This document shows positions 12,489 to 25,126 of a stretch of 64,000 nucleotides of DNA, piece after piece (position 1 is the stretch's first letter; every line of letters begins with the position of its first letter). The stretch is from the NCBI GenBank assembly GCA_004431415.1, contig QPMI01000436.1, positions 62,001 through 126,000 of the forward strand. Direction: 5' to 3'. The translations under genes were made by a program, and so were the position numbers. Source of the DNA: Cyanophora paradoxa CCMP329. Lineage: Eukaryota > Plantae > Glaucophyta. The notes below the pieces were generated by a model. The model did no database searches, was not told the DNA's origin, and saw only the letters and a program-made list of their open reading frames with translations.

Positions 12489-13934
12489 ATGGAGACGGCG
12501 GACTACACAAGAGCTAGAGAGGAGGACGAGGAGTCGGAAGACCTGAAACCGAAGCGCCCACCGCTGCCTGTCATAGAAGCCCCGCGCCAGCATAGCGCCC
12601 CCGTAGAGGAGCCTCCGGTTCCATTCATCACCCGTGATCCCAAGGACGAGGATCTGTACGAGGCAGCCGTCCGGGACGAGACCGATCTGTACGCTGCTTG
12701 GGCCCAGAAGTCGGTGGGCTACATCTTCAGGGGGGCGCTGTTCAGCAACCAGCACCTTCTTATCTCCTGCTTCACCGGCTACACCGATGACGTGTACCGG
12801 AGGTGCCTGCCGCCCTTGCCCTGGCGTCCTATCCAGCGCTGAGACCGCCCGGCCAGGTCCCACAGGTTCATCGTGCAGTTCTTCTCGCTAACTCTGGGCT
12901 TCTACCTCTGCTCCCTCGTGCGCCCCGGCCCGCGCGTTGCCCAGCCTCTCTCCTTTCCTTATCTAGCGGGCGGGCAGATCGCGCGCGAGAGCACCGACGT
13001 CTTCGTGGTCGCCGGGCTCTACTCCGGGACCATCACGGCGCTGGTGGAGGGTTTCCTCGGCTACGCCTTCAAGCACTTCTTCCTCACGGGTCCGGGCGGT
13101 CTTCTCGCTCGTTCCCTTCCTGCGCCGCGAACGAACGCGCATGCGCAGACTACGACCTGCTGGATCTACTGGACGAGGTCCACCCGATGGCGCAGCCGCG
13201 CTCCGCACACACGAAGCTGCGGGAGAGGCTGCGGCGTGGCTTCGTCTGGGGCTTCTGCGGCTTCCTCATCGTCGCCTCGGCCTTCATGCTGTGGGCCATC
13301 GTGCTCTTCTGCGATCGCTCGAACAAGGACCAAACGAACTACTAGTGCGCCCCGCCCCCGCATGGCCGCGGCAGGCCGGATGGATCCGCCCGGCGCCCGG
13401 CGGCGGCAGCCGCTAAATCGCGCCCGCCTCCCTCGCAGCTGGTTCTTCGCGGGTGTTCTTGGCGTCGTCCTCGACAACTTCATCTGGCAGCCGCTGAAGG
13501 TGCCCAGAGCTCCGCTGCCCGCGCCCGCTCCGCCTTCTCACGCCGCGCGGCAGATCTGGTGGGAGTCAGCCGCGTACAGGCGGGAGCTGAACGCCCTCGT
13601 CGCGTACGCGCGCTCGCTGGAGAAGCCGCGGCGCGAGAAGCCGGCGGAGGCCCCGCGCGTACGCAAGCCCAAGCCTGCGCCGCAGCCGGCGCCGGCCCCG
13701 ACGGTGCCGGCGGCGGCCGTCGAGGCGGTCGGCCTGGCCCCGCTCACGGCCGTCGAGCTGGGCTCCGTGGGGCACGTTTCTGTACCCCCCGAGACTGCCA
13801 CGCCGGGCTTCATGGTCGCTGCGCCCGTCGGGGCCGGCGCGGCGAGCGAGCGGAGCCCGTCGGCGGACCCGCGGCCCCAGACGGCCGACGGGCACCACGG
13901 AGACGACTACAACCCCAGCGCCGTTCTCATCTGA
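12489..13934 (+). CDS. Multi-pass membrane protein resembling the post-PLAT transmembrane region of polycystin-1 (PKD1)-like proteins
   Basis: About 6 exons with GT..AG introns; NQHLLISCF..YRRSHRFIVQFFSLTLGFYLCSL, further hydrophobic helices, WFFAGVLGVVLDNFIWQPLK. Confidence 0.6.
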
Positions 13935-14492
13935 GCGCGCTCGCTCCCCCCTCCCTGTACAGCCGCCGGCGCCGGCGCGCCCCCGCCCGCCCGCCCGCCG
14001 CCCCTCCGCTGCTTCCCCTGCGCCCCCTTCTTCTTTGTTCTTCTGGCACCCCTCCCGCCCCTTTCCCGCCCGCTGCCTGGAGCGTCGCCCTCGTCGCGTG
14101 CCGGGCAGCGCGGCCCCCCATCATCGCTCCCTTCGTCTCCTTGCCTCCCCCCGCTGCCCCCGTGGGGCGCTGTTTATTATTGCCAGATGTGCGTATGCGA
14201 TGCATTTTTCAAGCCGTTTACTTTACTCGAGATAGCGTAATAAGTAGCCAGTGCAGCTGCAGGCGAATAATATGAAAGTATATTGAGCGAACGTTTTGCA
14301 ATTACTCTCCTGGACAGACAAAGCGGAACTCGGAATGGACGAGCGGAGGGAAGGGCAGAGGGTCCGGGAGGAGCTTTCAAGGGCGGCGATATTGATCGAG
14401 CGGAGCACGGGGCAGGAGGTGGAAGGGAGGGCGGGACCGGGGACGGGGGCGGCGGCGGCGGAAGGGACGAGGGGGGTACGCGTACGCGTGAC

Positions 14493-17400
14493 TCACGCGA
14501 CGGAGGAGGCGACGAACTCGGAGACGGAGCGGTCGGGGGAGCGGACGGCGAGCTTGAGGTTGACGCTCTGGGTCGCGTCCACCGCGATCTGGGCCTGCGC
14601 CAGAACCTGTATCCCCCCGACGAAGAGGCCGGAGAGCAGCAGAGTGTGCGTGCGCGCGTTGGGCGGCAGCTGATCCGTCCCCTCGCACGCCTGCATCCCA
14701 AGGAAGTCCTGGATCGCCTTCACGGCGTCTGCGGGGCGGGCGGGCGGGCGGTCGGACGAGAAACGGCGTACCCCGGGGGAACCAAAGAGAGGGTACCCGG
14801 GCAGGACTTCATGGAGGAGAGCGTGTACGTCTCGATGACCTCGCCCGCGGCGCCGGCCTTCTCCCACGCGTCGCGGAAGTTACCGGTCCAGACTTTCTGG
14901 ATGTAGTCGCCGGTGTTGAGCTCCGCCTCCTCCAGCTGGTACTCGTCGGGGTAGCCCGTCGGGTCGGCGTTGCCCGTGATGGGGTCCACGTCGTGCACCG
15001 CGAACTTGAGCGTGCAGGCGATGGCGCCCGTGGGGAAGGCGTCGGCGGCGCGCCGGACGGAGACGTAGGTGAACCCGGGGTGCTGGTAGGCGAGCTTGGG
15101 GGCGGGGACGGTGGCGTCCAGTGTGAGGCCTTCGACGCCGCTGAGGTCGACCTTGACCGACGCGTTCTGCAGCAGCTGGTCGTTGAGCGTGTTCTCGACC
15201 TGGAACTGGAACACGATGTGCTCCTCGAAGACGTGCTTGATGACGGTGACGACGTACTCCAGCTCGGCCTCCGTGAGCTGCAGCGGCTTGGAGCTGCGGA
15301 AGAGCTTGCCGTACACCGCGAACTGCGGGACGGCGTTGAGGGCCTGCAGGGAGGCGTCGGCCTTCTCCTCTGCCTTGCGGTCCGCGTGCTTCGGGCTGGG
15401 CTCGGCCTCGGCCAGGCCGGCGGCGACCGCCATCGCCGAGACGGGCGGCGGCGCCGGCGCCGCGATCCCGAGCTTGTCGAGGGCCTCCGCCTCCGACAGG
15501 ATCGGGACGCGCGACATGTCGAAGCGGTCGCGGCCGACGTTCCTGCGGTAGTCCCGCAGCGCGACCTCCAGGCTGTTGATGGGCACGGGCAGCTCGTCCG
15601 CCATCAGCGCCCCGGCCGCCGGCGCCTCGCGGTTGTTGAGGACGGAGAGGTACAGAGTCGCCCGGTCCCGGACCTCGTCGTCATTGTCGTGGAGGCAGCG
15701 GCGCAGCAGGATCGAGATGGAGTTGGTGAGCGCCGGCACGCGGAACCCGAACTTGGCGAGCGCGGTCACGGCCGAGGCGCGGACGGTCGCGTTCTCGAGG
15801 ATGACGCGGTTGTAGATGTAGCGGATGAACTTGGACGGCTCCGCGCACTTCGGGCCCTCGCGCCCCAGGACGTGCAGGATCTGGGTGGAGAGCAGCGTGA
15901 ACTCGCAGTCCTCGATGAACTCGCAGAGGTGACCCAGGCCGCCCTCCTTCGCGTCCGGGATCTGGTCGATGATCGCCAGGATCGAGTCCACGATCGCCTT
16001 CTTGTACTCGAAGCCGCCCTCCTCGCGCAGGATGGTGGAGAGGAAGGTCATGAGGGTCCGGAACTTGAGGGGGAACTTGAGGCAGAGCGTGCGGATGGCC
16101 TCCACGACCACGATCTGCGGGGGGGCGGGGCGAGGGAGGCTCAGCCCAGTTACGCTTGGATCCAACGTCTAATCCAAGGCGGCGGCGATCTTAAGCTGCG
16201 CGTAGCTCTCCGAAATGCTAGATACGATACGGCGAAGCTCTCCGAAACACTAGATGCGATGCAAGCAGCCCAAGATTATTTCACCTTGAACTCGTCAGCG
16301 ATCTCGGACATGAAGTTGGAGATCTGCTTCATCAGGCGCTCGACGGAGGCCTCGGAGCCGGTCTGCGGGGGGCGGGAGGGCGGGGACGGGTCAGCGGCCA
16401 AGCAAGCAAAGCTACGCTGAGCTAAGCCGAGCGAGCGAGGCGGAGCGAGCCTTGAGGAGGGTTGTGATGGCGAGGGTGGCGATGGAGCGGTTCGAGTCCG
16501 AGATGAGGGTCTCCATGTCCAGGTTGCACGTCGACACCGAGAGCGCGTGCGTCTGGGAGACCTGCGCGGGCGAGGCGGGGCGGGGGTACGCGCGTCGGCG
16601 GGGTCGGGCGGCGGGGATGCGTGGGGGCGACGACGCAGGGGCGTCGTACCTTGTTCAGGGTGCGGACGGAGGCGAAGCGAAGGGCGGGCTTCGGGGAGCT
16701 GAGGAGGAGCTGGAGGACTGCGGGGCGGGAGGATCAGGCACGCGAGAGGCGGGGCGGGGCGGGGGGTACCAGTGATGGCGGGGGTGAGCTCGCGCGGGCT
16801 GACGTTGGGGAGCGAGCAGATGGCCTTGGCGGCCTCGTAGATAACCATCTCGTTCTTGTGGCGGAGGCAGCTCTCGAGAAAGTCGAGGTGCGGGCGGTCG
16901 TTCCTGCAGCGCCGGCCGGCCGCGTCGGCGAGAGGGGGCGGGCGGGCGGGCGGGGGAAAGAAGGAAAGAAGCTAAGAAGGAGGGAAGGGAGGAAGGAAAG
17001 GAGCGCACTGCCCCTGGTTCGCGTTCGTGTCGTCCTTCATGACGCGCACGACGTAGCGGATGAGCAGGCAGATGGCGAGCGGGGAGCGGATCGAGGCCTT
17101 CGTCATCGAGGCCACGAGCTTCGAGATGGCCAGGCGGTCGTGCTGCTTGATGTGGTGCAGCAGCGCGAGCGCGTGGAACTGGACCATCCCGTTCTTGCTG
17201 TTCACCGTGCACTCCTGCACCTCGTTCGCCCACCGCTTGACCTGCGGCGCGGCGGGCGCGTCGGAAAGGAAGCGAGAGGATTACCGGAGCCGCGCGCAGG
17301 CGGGCGCCGAGCCACGGACCACTTCGGAGTTGTGGCGGCTGAGGTGGATGCCGGAAACGAGCGCGGCGCTAGATACGAACGGGTTCTTGTCCACGATGGC

Positions 17401-18055
17401 CTGCTTGAGGTAGCGCTCGATCTGGGTGAGCATCGCCATGTCTCCCTGCGCCGCCCGTCAGCGGCAGCCGTCAGCCATTCGGGGGGGGCATGCGTGCCTC
17501 GAGGATCTTGCACAGCACACGGATGGCATTCGCGCGGTACACGTCAATCTTGCTGTTCATGTCCTTCGTGAGGCAGCTGGTAACGATGATGACCTCCTCG
17601 CGGGACGGGCAGAGCTCCTTGATGACAAGGTAGACCATGCGCCGAAGGTTGACCTACGCGCCGCCGGGGCTCCATCAGGGACCGCAGCCCCACAAAGTGC
17701 CTCGCCCTGGGCCGCTCGGGGCCGCCGGCACACGCACATCTTTGGACTGGAAGAGCTTCGTCACTCCGAAGAAGACCTCGGTGGCCTCGTTGCGGTTCAG
17801 CTTGTCCCCTTGCGCGAGAAGGTACAGGATCTTCGTGATGAGCACTGTGCACTTCCGGGCGTTCAGGTTCGAGTCGCTGAACATGCGCGACTCCTGCAGC
17901 AGCGCGCTCTTGTCCAGGGACGCGAAAGGGGACACCTCTGCCGGGCCACATAGTCGAGGGAACGTTAGCTCACGCCGGACGGGCGAGAAATGCCGGCAAT
18001 CGAACGAACCCCGCGTCTCATCGTCGTCCTTCTTGCCGTCCTCCCTCTTCGACAT
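14493..18055 (-). CDS. COPG: Coatomer subunit gamma (gamma-COP), multi-exon
   Basis: [129 protein letters not shown]. Confidence 0.97.
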
Positions 18056-18642
18056 TGTGCTGCTCAAGATAGATAGCCGCTGTGTACGCCAGACTACCGG
18101 GCAGGACCGCGGCCGACCAAGAACCAGCCGCGCTGAGCCGCTGCTGCCCGGGTACACGCGAGTTGCAGGGTACACTCTCTCGCAGGCGTTGCAGAAGAAG
18201 CAGCGGCTGTTTCAGCTCGCTCTAGGTGCGTCTGCGACCCAAACTCGCTGGTAACCTTTTCGCAACGTGTGCCTGACTTTGCCGGCCGCGGCCCCAACTC
18301 CGACAAGAGGTCCTGCTGCCGTCGCGTCCCGTTCGGTGAGTCCGGTGCTATCCTGGGGTCTAGTGCGGCCGTGAGCAGCGTTTTCTACCGCCAGCGGGCC
18401 CGCCGGGTCTGACCGTTGGCTCGCTCCGCAATCCCGGCGGAGCTGAAGGGCCGGCTATCTCCGGCGTTTCCCCCTTATTGCGAACGCTTTCGGCTTTGTC
18501 CGCATAAAAATAGCCCCTAGAGTGCCGCTAGACCCGTTTCGGGGCCAGCTGGCCGTTCTCGCGACGTGAGGGCTCCTTCGCCGGACCATCGGCTCACGTC
18601 CGTTTTCGCTGCGGTACAGGAAGGCCCAGGAAATAAACAGAC

Positions 18643-20969
18643 ATGGCGACCACCGTCGGCCTGCCGATCACTAATCCCTACGCGGAGGCGACTCCGTGCG
18701 TCCATTTCCCTTCAGTCGGGTCTCGCTGTTGCTAACCGCTGAACTGCGCGGCAGGTATGTGACCGCGCCTATTGCGCCTGCGCCCACCGTGTGCAAGAAC
18801 GTGGAGCGCATCGACGCCCGGCAGGTCAACGACTATGACAAGTGCGTGGGAACTGTCCCGTCCCGACCGCCGCCTCTAACCGACCTCTTCCCTTTCTTTT
18901 ATCCTTGCAGTGCCTACCCGCCGAAGGCAAGCGCGCCTCGCCAGCCGCGTTTGCCAGGCTGACCGACGGTCCGCAGTTCGTCCAAGTCCCGGATCTGTTC
19001 GGTGTCGTCAACGTCCCGGCCCCGAACGTCACCGTCGAGAGCACCCCCCGTGCGTTTTCTTTCACCGGGACTCGCTGCGGACGAAGCGCTCACGCCGACG
19101 GCAGAGCGCCCGATTGCCACCGAGCCGTCGATCATCAAGGTCATCGGCCAGGAGCCGGCCGTGAACATCCGCCCCGCCGAGCCTGTGGCCGGGACCTTCA
19201 CGCCCCCGGAGGTCCAGGTGCGGACGCTCCGCCCCGCCCCGCCGCCCGCCCGCCGCGCCCGGCCGCCCTTGACGGCCGCGCGCCGCGCAGTACGACTACA
19301 CCAACGCGCTCGTGTCGTACACCCCGGAGCCCCGCCTCCCCGTCTCCATCGCCTCCCAGAAGGCCTTCGGTCCGCCCCGCGCCCCGCCTACGCACCTGTC
19401 CGCCTCGCGCCGCCCGCCGGCCGACGCGTGCCCCGCGCAGTCAACATCCCGGCCGTGGATGCCCCGACCCCGCAGGCCCTGCCTCCCCAGACCATCGCCG
19501 TCCCGACCGACCCCCTCTTGTGAGCCCGCGTAGCGGCCCGCGGCCTGCCGGCGGCGCGCTGACTCCGCGGCGCAGCGTCAAGGTCCCCTCCCCGATCGTG
19601 AACGCCAACGATGTCCCGCCCCAGGAGCGCGTGGCGGCCGTCCAGACCGTCAAGTGCGCTGCCTGGGCAGGGGCGCCGGCCGGGCGGGGCCTGACGCGCG
19701 CGCCCGCGCAGCGTGTCGGTGCCGCAGCCGGTCGTCGAGCTGCCCCAGATCCTCACTAAGGAGGTCGTCTCGCCCATCTCCTCGGTCGACGTCACCGTGT
19801 ACGCCCCCCCTCCCCCGCGGCCCCCGCCGGGATCTCACGCGCGCCCCGCGCAGCACGCCGCCGCCCGTCAAGGCGATGATGGCGCCGCCCTCGGCGATCA
19901 ACTCGGCCGCCCCGGCGCCCGAGGTCGACGTGACCGTCTCGCCGACGGAGGTCGGATTCAGCCCGGTCCAGGAGCAGACCATGCAGGTCACCCCGCAGGC
20001 GATCATCGTCCAGCCCCTCACCCAGGAGGTCTACCTCCAGGTCAGCCCAGCGTCTCCGCCTCGCCCGCACCCCCCGCACGCCCCCGCCCCGCGGCCCCTG
20101 ACGCTCCTCCGCCGCGCAGGTCCCGCCCGGCCCGACCGTGCGCAACGTGGCGGTCGGCGACGTCAAGGTCACCGTGCCCGAGTACGCCGTCAACGTCGAC
20201 AACGCGGAGCCCGTCGCCGTGCAGCTCCAGCCCAACGTCGTCAACGTGACCGTCCCCAAGCCCAACGTCAACGTGCACCTGCCCACGGACCCCGTCTCCA
20301 TCGACATGCCCGACATCCCCGTCAACATCAACGTGCCCCAGGGTCCGCACGCGCCCGCCCGCCCGCCCCAAGCTGAGGCCGGCGCCCTGACGCGTCGGGC
20401 GCGCGCGCGCAGCCGTGGTCAACGTGTCGGTGCCGAAGGAGCCGCTCACGGTGCAGAGCCCGCAGCAGAAGGTCAACGTGCTGCTGGCCCCGACCCAGTG
20501 GCGCCTGGAGAAGCCGGTCGTCCCGCTCGAGGTCAAGCTCATCGTCGGCGACGCGCCCGGCCTCTGCAAGGAGGGCTACGCGCAGCGCGTCTACGTGCCG
20601 CCGCCGGTCGTGCAGGACGTCGAGTGCCCGCGGCCCGTCAACTTCCCGGTGCAGACGCAGCAGCCGATCCAGGGCAACTCGGTCGTCTCCTACACCGTCG
20701 GCACCCCCGCCGACGCCTTCATCTCCAAGGTCGGCGTCACGCAGCAGCTGGACGCGGCGGCGCAGTGGATGCCGCCGGCGGCGCGCGCGCTGGACGAGGC
20801 GGCGCAGTCGGTCGAGCAGGAGGAGGTCGACCTCTTCATGGCGATGGCCGAGATCGCCGGCTCGCTCCCCGTCGCGGCGGCCGCCATGGGCGAGGACCTC
20901 GACGCCTTCGCGATGGACTGCATCGCCGCCGCCGACTCGTCGGCCCTCGAGGAGGCCTTCGAGCTGTAA
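18643..20969 (+). CDS. Val/Pro-rich articulin/epiplastin-like protein with acidic C-terminal tail (~12 exons)
   Basis: Spliced product rich in VNVP/VTVP/VKVP motifs (VNVPAPNVTVE, VKVPSPIV, VSVPQPVVE, VNVTVPKPNVNV, VYVPPPVV); ATG 18643, TAA 20967-20969. Confidence 0.7.
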
Positions 20970-21571
20970 AGGCAGGCAGGCCCTTATATTGTAGACGCAG
21001 CAGCAGCAGCAGCCGCTAGGATACCACCACCACCCGCACCGCCCCGCCCTCCCGCCCGCCCGCCGCCGCCGCCGCCGCCGAAGCGCCGGCCGGCGCGACC
21101 CGGCGTTGCGACTCCCCCAATACAGACCCGTCGTGTGTTTCGCTCTATAAATCGGTATTCGCATATATTTTACTTCGCCGCCGGTGCGCTCCCGGGCGGG
21201 CGGGCGGGGCGCAACGCGGAAGCCTTGGACACTCTGAGGGTAAAAGCAAGAGTAACGGCCCAGCAGTACTCTCCCAATCTAAAGTGACGCCGCGTAGGCG
21301 TATACGTAGGCGTCGCTAGCAAGCTCGATCAACTGCGCATGGCCCGGGCCGGCCCCGGGCGCCGCCATGGCCATGTACCCGCCGCTGTCTCGCCGCGAGT
21401 CTCGCGTCTCGCGACCGGCGCGGCCTCTCTTGCCCACGCCCGGGATGGATGAGCGCTGCGTTTTGAAGCCTGCAGCTGCAGGTCCGCGAGCTCGAGGGCC
21501 GGGATTGCGAAGCGCCAGCGCGGACAAATCGCTGAAGTGAACGCGCAGACGCGGAGCGCAGCGGCGAGCGG

Positions 21572-24045
21572 ATGCATACGTCCGCAGAAGCGGTCGCGTC
21601 GTTGCTGGAATCAGCTGCGGGCGCAGCTGCAGCGCCCGCGGCGTCGCAGGGGAGCGCACGCACAGACCCAGAGCCGCCGCCGAACGCCAGCTCGCACACG
21701 TTACAGGAGATTGCGGAAGCCAGTATCGATGATTCTGCTGCAGCAGCGGAAGATCCCGAAGCCGAAGCAGCGGCACCGACATCGATCACACAGCTGCCGG
21801 ACGCCATTCTCTCGGAGATTCTCGAGCACCTGGGCCTGCAGGCCGCTGCCGCCGTGCGTGCCGTCTGCCGCCGCTGGCGCGATGCGGCCGAGGCGATCCG
21901 CTGGCGCCGGCTCGACGTCAAGCTGTCCTCGGAGCGCGCGGACCAGCTGGCGGGCCTTTTGATCGGCGCCCAAGGACTGGACTGGAGCCAGCTGGACGCT
22001 GCTGTGCGAGCGGGGGTTGCGTGGTGGCTTATGGCGGGTCGGAGCCGCGGGGAAGACAATTGCAACGCCCGCGTGGGCGGTCGCGGGCAGCGGATCCGCG
22101 TCGCGCCGGGCGCGTCGCTTCGCCTGGAGGTCACGTCCGCTACGGACGATGCATATGCTTTCAGCGAAGCTTGGCGGTCCACTCTCTTCCTCCTCACGGC
22201 GTGCTCGGCCGCGGCCGGCGCGGCGAGCGGCGCCGGCGCCGGCGGCCTGGGCGAGGTCGACGTGGACTGTTCGTGGGCCCCGAGCAGCTGCCTCACCGAC
22301 CTCCTCGACGCCCTCGCGCCGCCGGGCGCCGCCGCCTGCCCCTCGCTCCGGCGCCTCGCCCTGCGGGGCCGCGAATCCCGCGGCCGCCATCCCCAGGAAT
22401 CAATCCCCCTCGGGGTCGATCCCGACCTCCGCCCCATGACCTTCCCGAACCTCGAGAACCTCTACGTCGACGTTTATTGCTGCTCGTCACGCAGGCCCGC
22501 CGCGGAGGCCCTCGTTCGGTGCCTCCCGAACCTCAAGCGGGTGCACAGCCGGCGCCCCTGCCCACCTCTCTCGAAGCTCTAGATCATTTTGCGCCGCAGC
22601 TGGAGTTCCTGTACGGTGGTGTGCACGACGCCATCGGCGGGATCGCAGTAGCCTTCGAATTCCCCTTGCTCGAGTACCTCGGAGCGATTGGCGGGTCGCG
22701 AAGCTTCAGCGCGCCTCCTCTAATTGAGCGGCTCGCCTCCGGCCCCACCGCCCTGGCCCTTAAAGAGTGCGCCCGCGCCCGCCGCCGCCGCGCGCGGCCT
22801 CGGATCGCCCTAGCCTCTCACCGTGCGGGGTTCAGGCTTGTGCTGAACTTGATTTATATTTCGGAGCTCACCCCGAAGGCCCTGCGCGCCCTCCAACGCT
22901 TCCCTGCCCTCGAGCGTCTCAAAGGGAATTTCTTGTTCTTGGTTCGTCCCCCCCCCCCCCCCCCCCCCCCCCTCCTCTCTCAACCCCTCCTCTCTCTCTT
23001 GCGTTGCTGCCACAGGACTCCGAGGAGGGGAATGGCGAGAACGCCCTGGCGGCGCTGGGCGCCCTCCCCGCGCTCAAGAGCCTAGGGCAGCTGGCCCTCC
23101 GTGACTCGGAGGCCCTCGCCGCCCACCTGAACGGCTTTGCAGCGGCCTTCGAGCGCTCCTCCACGCTGACCGACCTCCATTTGTACATCGGTGCGTGGTT
23201 TACTCTTCTTTTGCTTGACCCGCTCTCGCATCCTAAAGCGGTTTTCGCGACAGAAGAGGCGGCGCCTCGGGAGGCGCTGCCGGCGCTCGCGCGGCTGGCC
23301 GGAGCCGCCCGCGGGCGCCTTACCCTACACGTTTCCTGGAGAGTGGGCGAGAACGCCCTGGCGGCGCTGGGCTCCTGCCCGGGGCTCACTAGCTTGGGCC
23401 GGCTGGTCCTCCGGTTCGCGAGTCCGGAGCTCGAAGGCCTTGCCGCCCACTTGAACGGCCTCGCGGCCGCGTTCGAGCGCTCCCCCACGCTGACCGACCT
23501 CCATTTGCACATCGGTGCGTGCACGTGGCAATGGTTTAACTTCTCCCGCTCGACCCGCCCTGGCATCCTGAAGCGTTAAGCGTTTTGCGCGACAGGCATG
23601 CTGCCGCCTCCGGAGGCGCTGCCGGCGCTCGCGCGGCTGGCCGGCGCGGCCCGGGGCGGCCTCTCCCTGGAATTGGACGTCCTCCTAGGCCCCCTAGCCC
23701 CCGCGCCCGGTCGGCTCGAGCCGTTCGCCGCGGCGCTGGCGGCCGCCCCGCCCCGCCGCCTCTCCCTCTTCGTGTCCGGCCCCGTCGACGAGCTGGACTG
23801 CCTCTCCGCCTTAGCCGGCTGCTCCACGGGGGACATCGACATCGAGGTCCGCAGAGATCCGCCCCCGGCCCGGCCCCGCCGCGCCTGAGCTCAACGCGGC
23901 TTGATCATGAGGGCGTGCGCAGCTCCACCTGACGTACAGGCCCGATCGCGATCGCGGGGGGGTACGCGTGCGCGACGCCGGGCGCGCGGCCGTGCTCTGC
24001 GCCCTCCCCTCGGCCCGCGTCGCGATCGTGGTGCACGAGGTCTAG
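21572..24045 (+). CDS. F-box protein with degenerate LRR-like region (copy 1); true start probably further upstream
   Basis: F-box SITQLPDAILSEILEHLGLQAAAAVRAVCRRWRDA; LRR-like FPNLENLYV, LPNLKR, FPALERLKG; last exon 23923-24045 (..RAAVLCALPSARV..HEV*). Confidence 0.85.
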
Positions 24046-24409
24046 CTATAGAACAGGCGTACGCAGCGCTAGCCCGCAGCCGCCGCCTTATAATTAATAA
24101 GCTTGAAAAGCCGCATCGGATGTTCATGAATCGCACGGCGGGGCAGCCTAGGCCTAGGCCTGGTCAGAGGGAGAAAAGGTTGGGGGGGAGGAGGGGGAGG
24201 GGGGGGGGGATGGAAGCCCGGGCCGCGGGGCCGGGCGGGGCCCGGGGGGCCCCGCCCGGCGTTTGAATAGAGCGCGTGATCCTTAATTCAGTGTAACGGC
24301 GAGCGGGGCGGGGCTCTAGATCTGTCGGAGCTCTATAGCTACTGTGGCGAACAGGCGTTCGGTGGTGGAACAGGCCTAGCTATGGGGAAGTTGAGAATGA
24401 GGCAACGGG

Positions 24410-24786
24410 TCACATCTGCGCATGCGGCGCGTGAGAAGCTTATAAGGCGCGTGAAGGGCCGAGGTTCGGCGGACGCACGAAAGCGAGCTCCGCGTCGTCG
24501 GCGGCGAGGGAGTCGGCCGCGGCGGACATGTACAGGTCGAGAGCGTCGGCCGCGGCCTCGAGCTCCGCCTCCAGCTCGGCGGCCTCTACCTGCTCGCACA
24601 CATCGTCGAAGTAATCCGCCTCGTCGTTGACGTTGTTCGCGGCCTGGCGCTGCGCGTCAGGCGCCGTACCGGCCGCGCGGGCAAGCTTGCAAGTTCGGTC
24701 ACCGGTACCTCGTCAAGCTGAGTGTCTTTGATGTCGACCGGGAAGAGGGTGAGGCGAGACGAGTAGGCCAGGTTTCTGACCGTCAT
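24410..24786 (-). CDS. Small (~84 aa) acidic protein, 3 exons; missed by the ORF track; 5' end may extend
   Basis: Exons 24786-24709, 24649-24479, 24415-24410 joined by canonical GT..CAG introns: MTVRNLAYSSRLTLFPVDIKDTQLDE|RQAANNVNDEADYFDDVCEQVEAAELEAELEAAADALDLYMSAAADSLAADDAELAF|M*. Confidence 0.65.
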
Positions 24787-25126
24787 TCTGCGCCGGCCCG
24801 GCGGCCTGGCTTAGGTTTCGGTTCGACTCTGCCTGAGTCTGCCAAAGCCTAGGGGTACGACGACGAATCGAAGGGGGGTCCAGCAGCGCGGTAGCACGCC
24901 CCCCCAACCCGCGCGAGGCGTATTTCTGGGCGGGGGCACTGTAGACAAAGCTGAACCGGTGGCTCGGCAAGCGCCGGAGCGGTCATCGGCGCCGCTGACT
25001 GGAGGCGCGATGCGTAGCTGCCCCGGCGCCGGGCAGGGCTGGATCTGCATTTCGCTGCGAGAACGGGCATCTACGGCCACATTCGATGCGCTGAGCGTGA
25101 GCGAAAGCGGCCACTGCGCCTTGGCC

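Noticed and set aside
14993-16420. 475-aa plus-strand ORF
   Set aside because: Antisense shadow of the gamma-COP exon.
21279-21375. Minus-strand MAMAAPG..LIELASDAYVYAYAASL resembling a DUF1254-type N-terminus
   Set aside because: About 30 aa only, with no continuing exons; cannot be supported.
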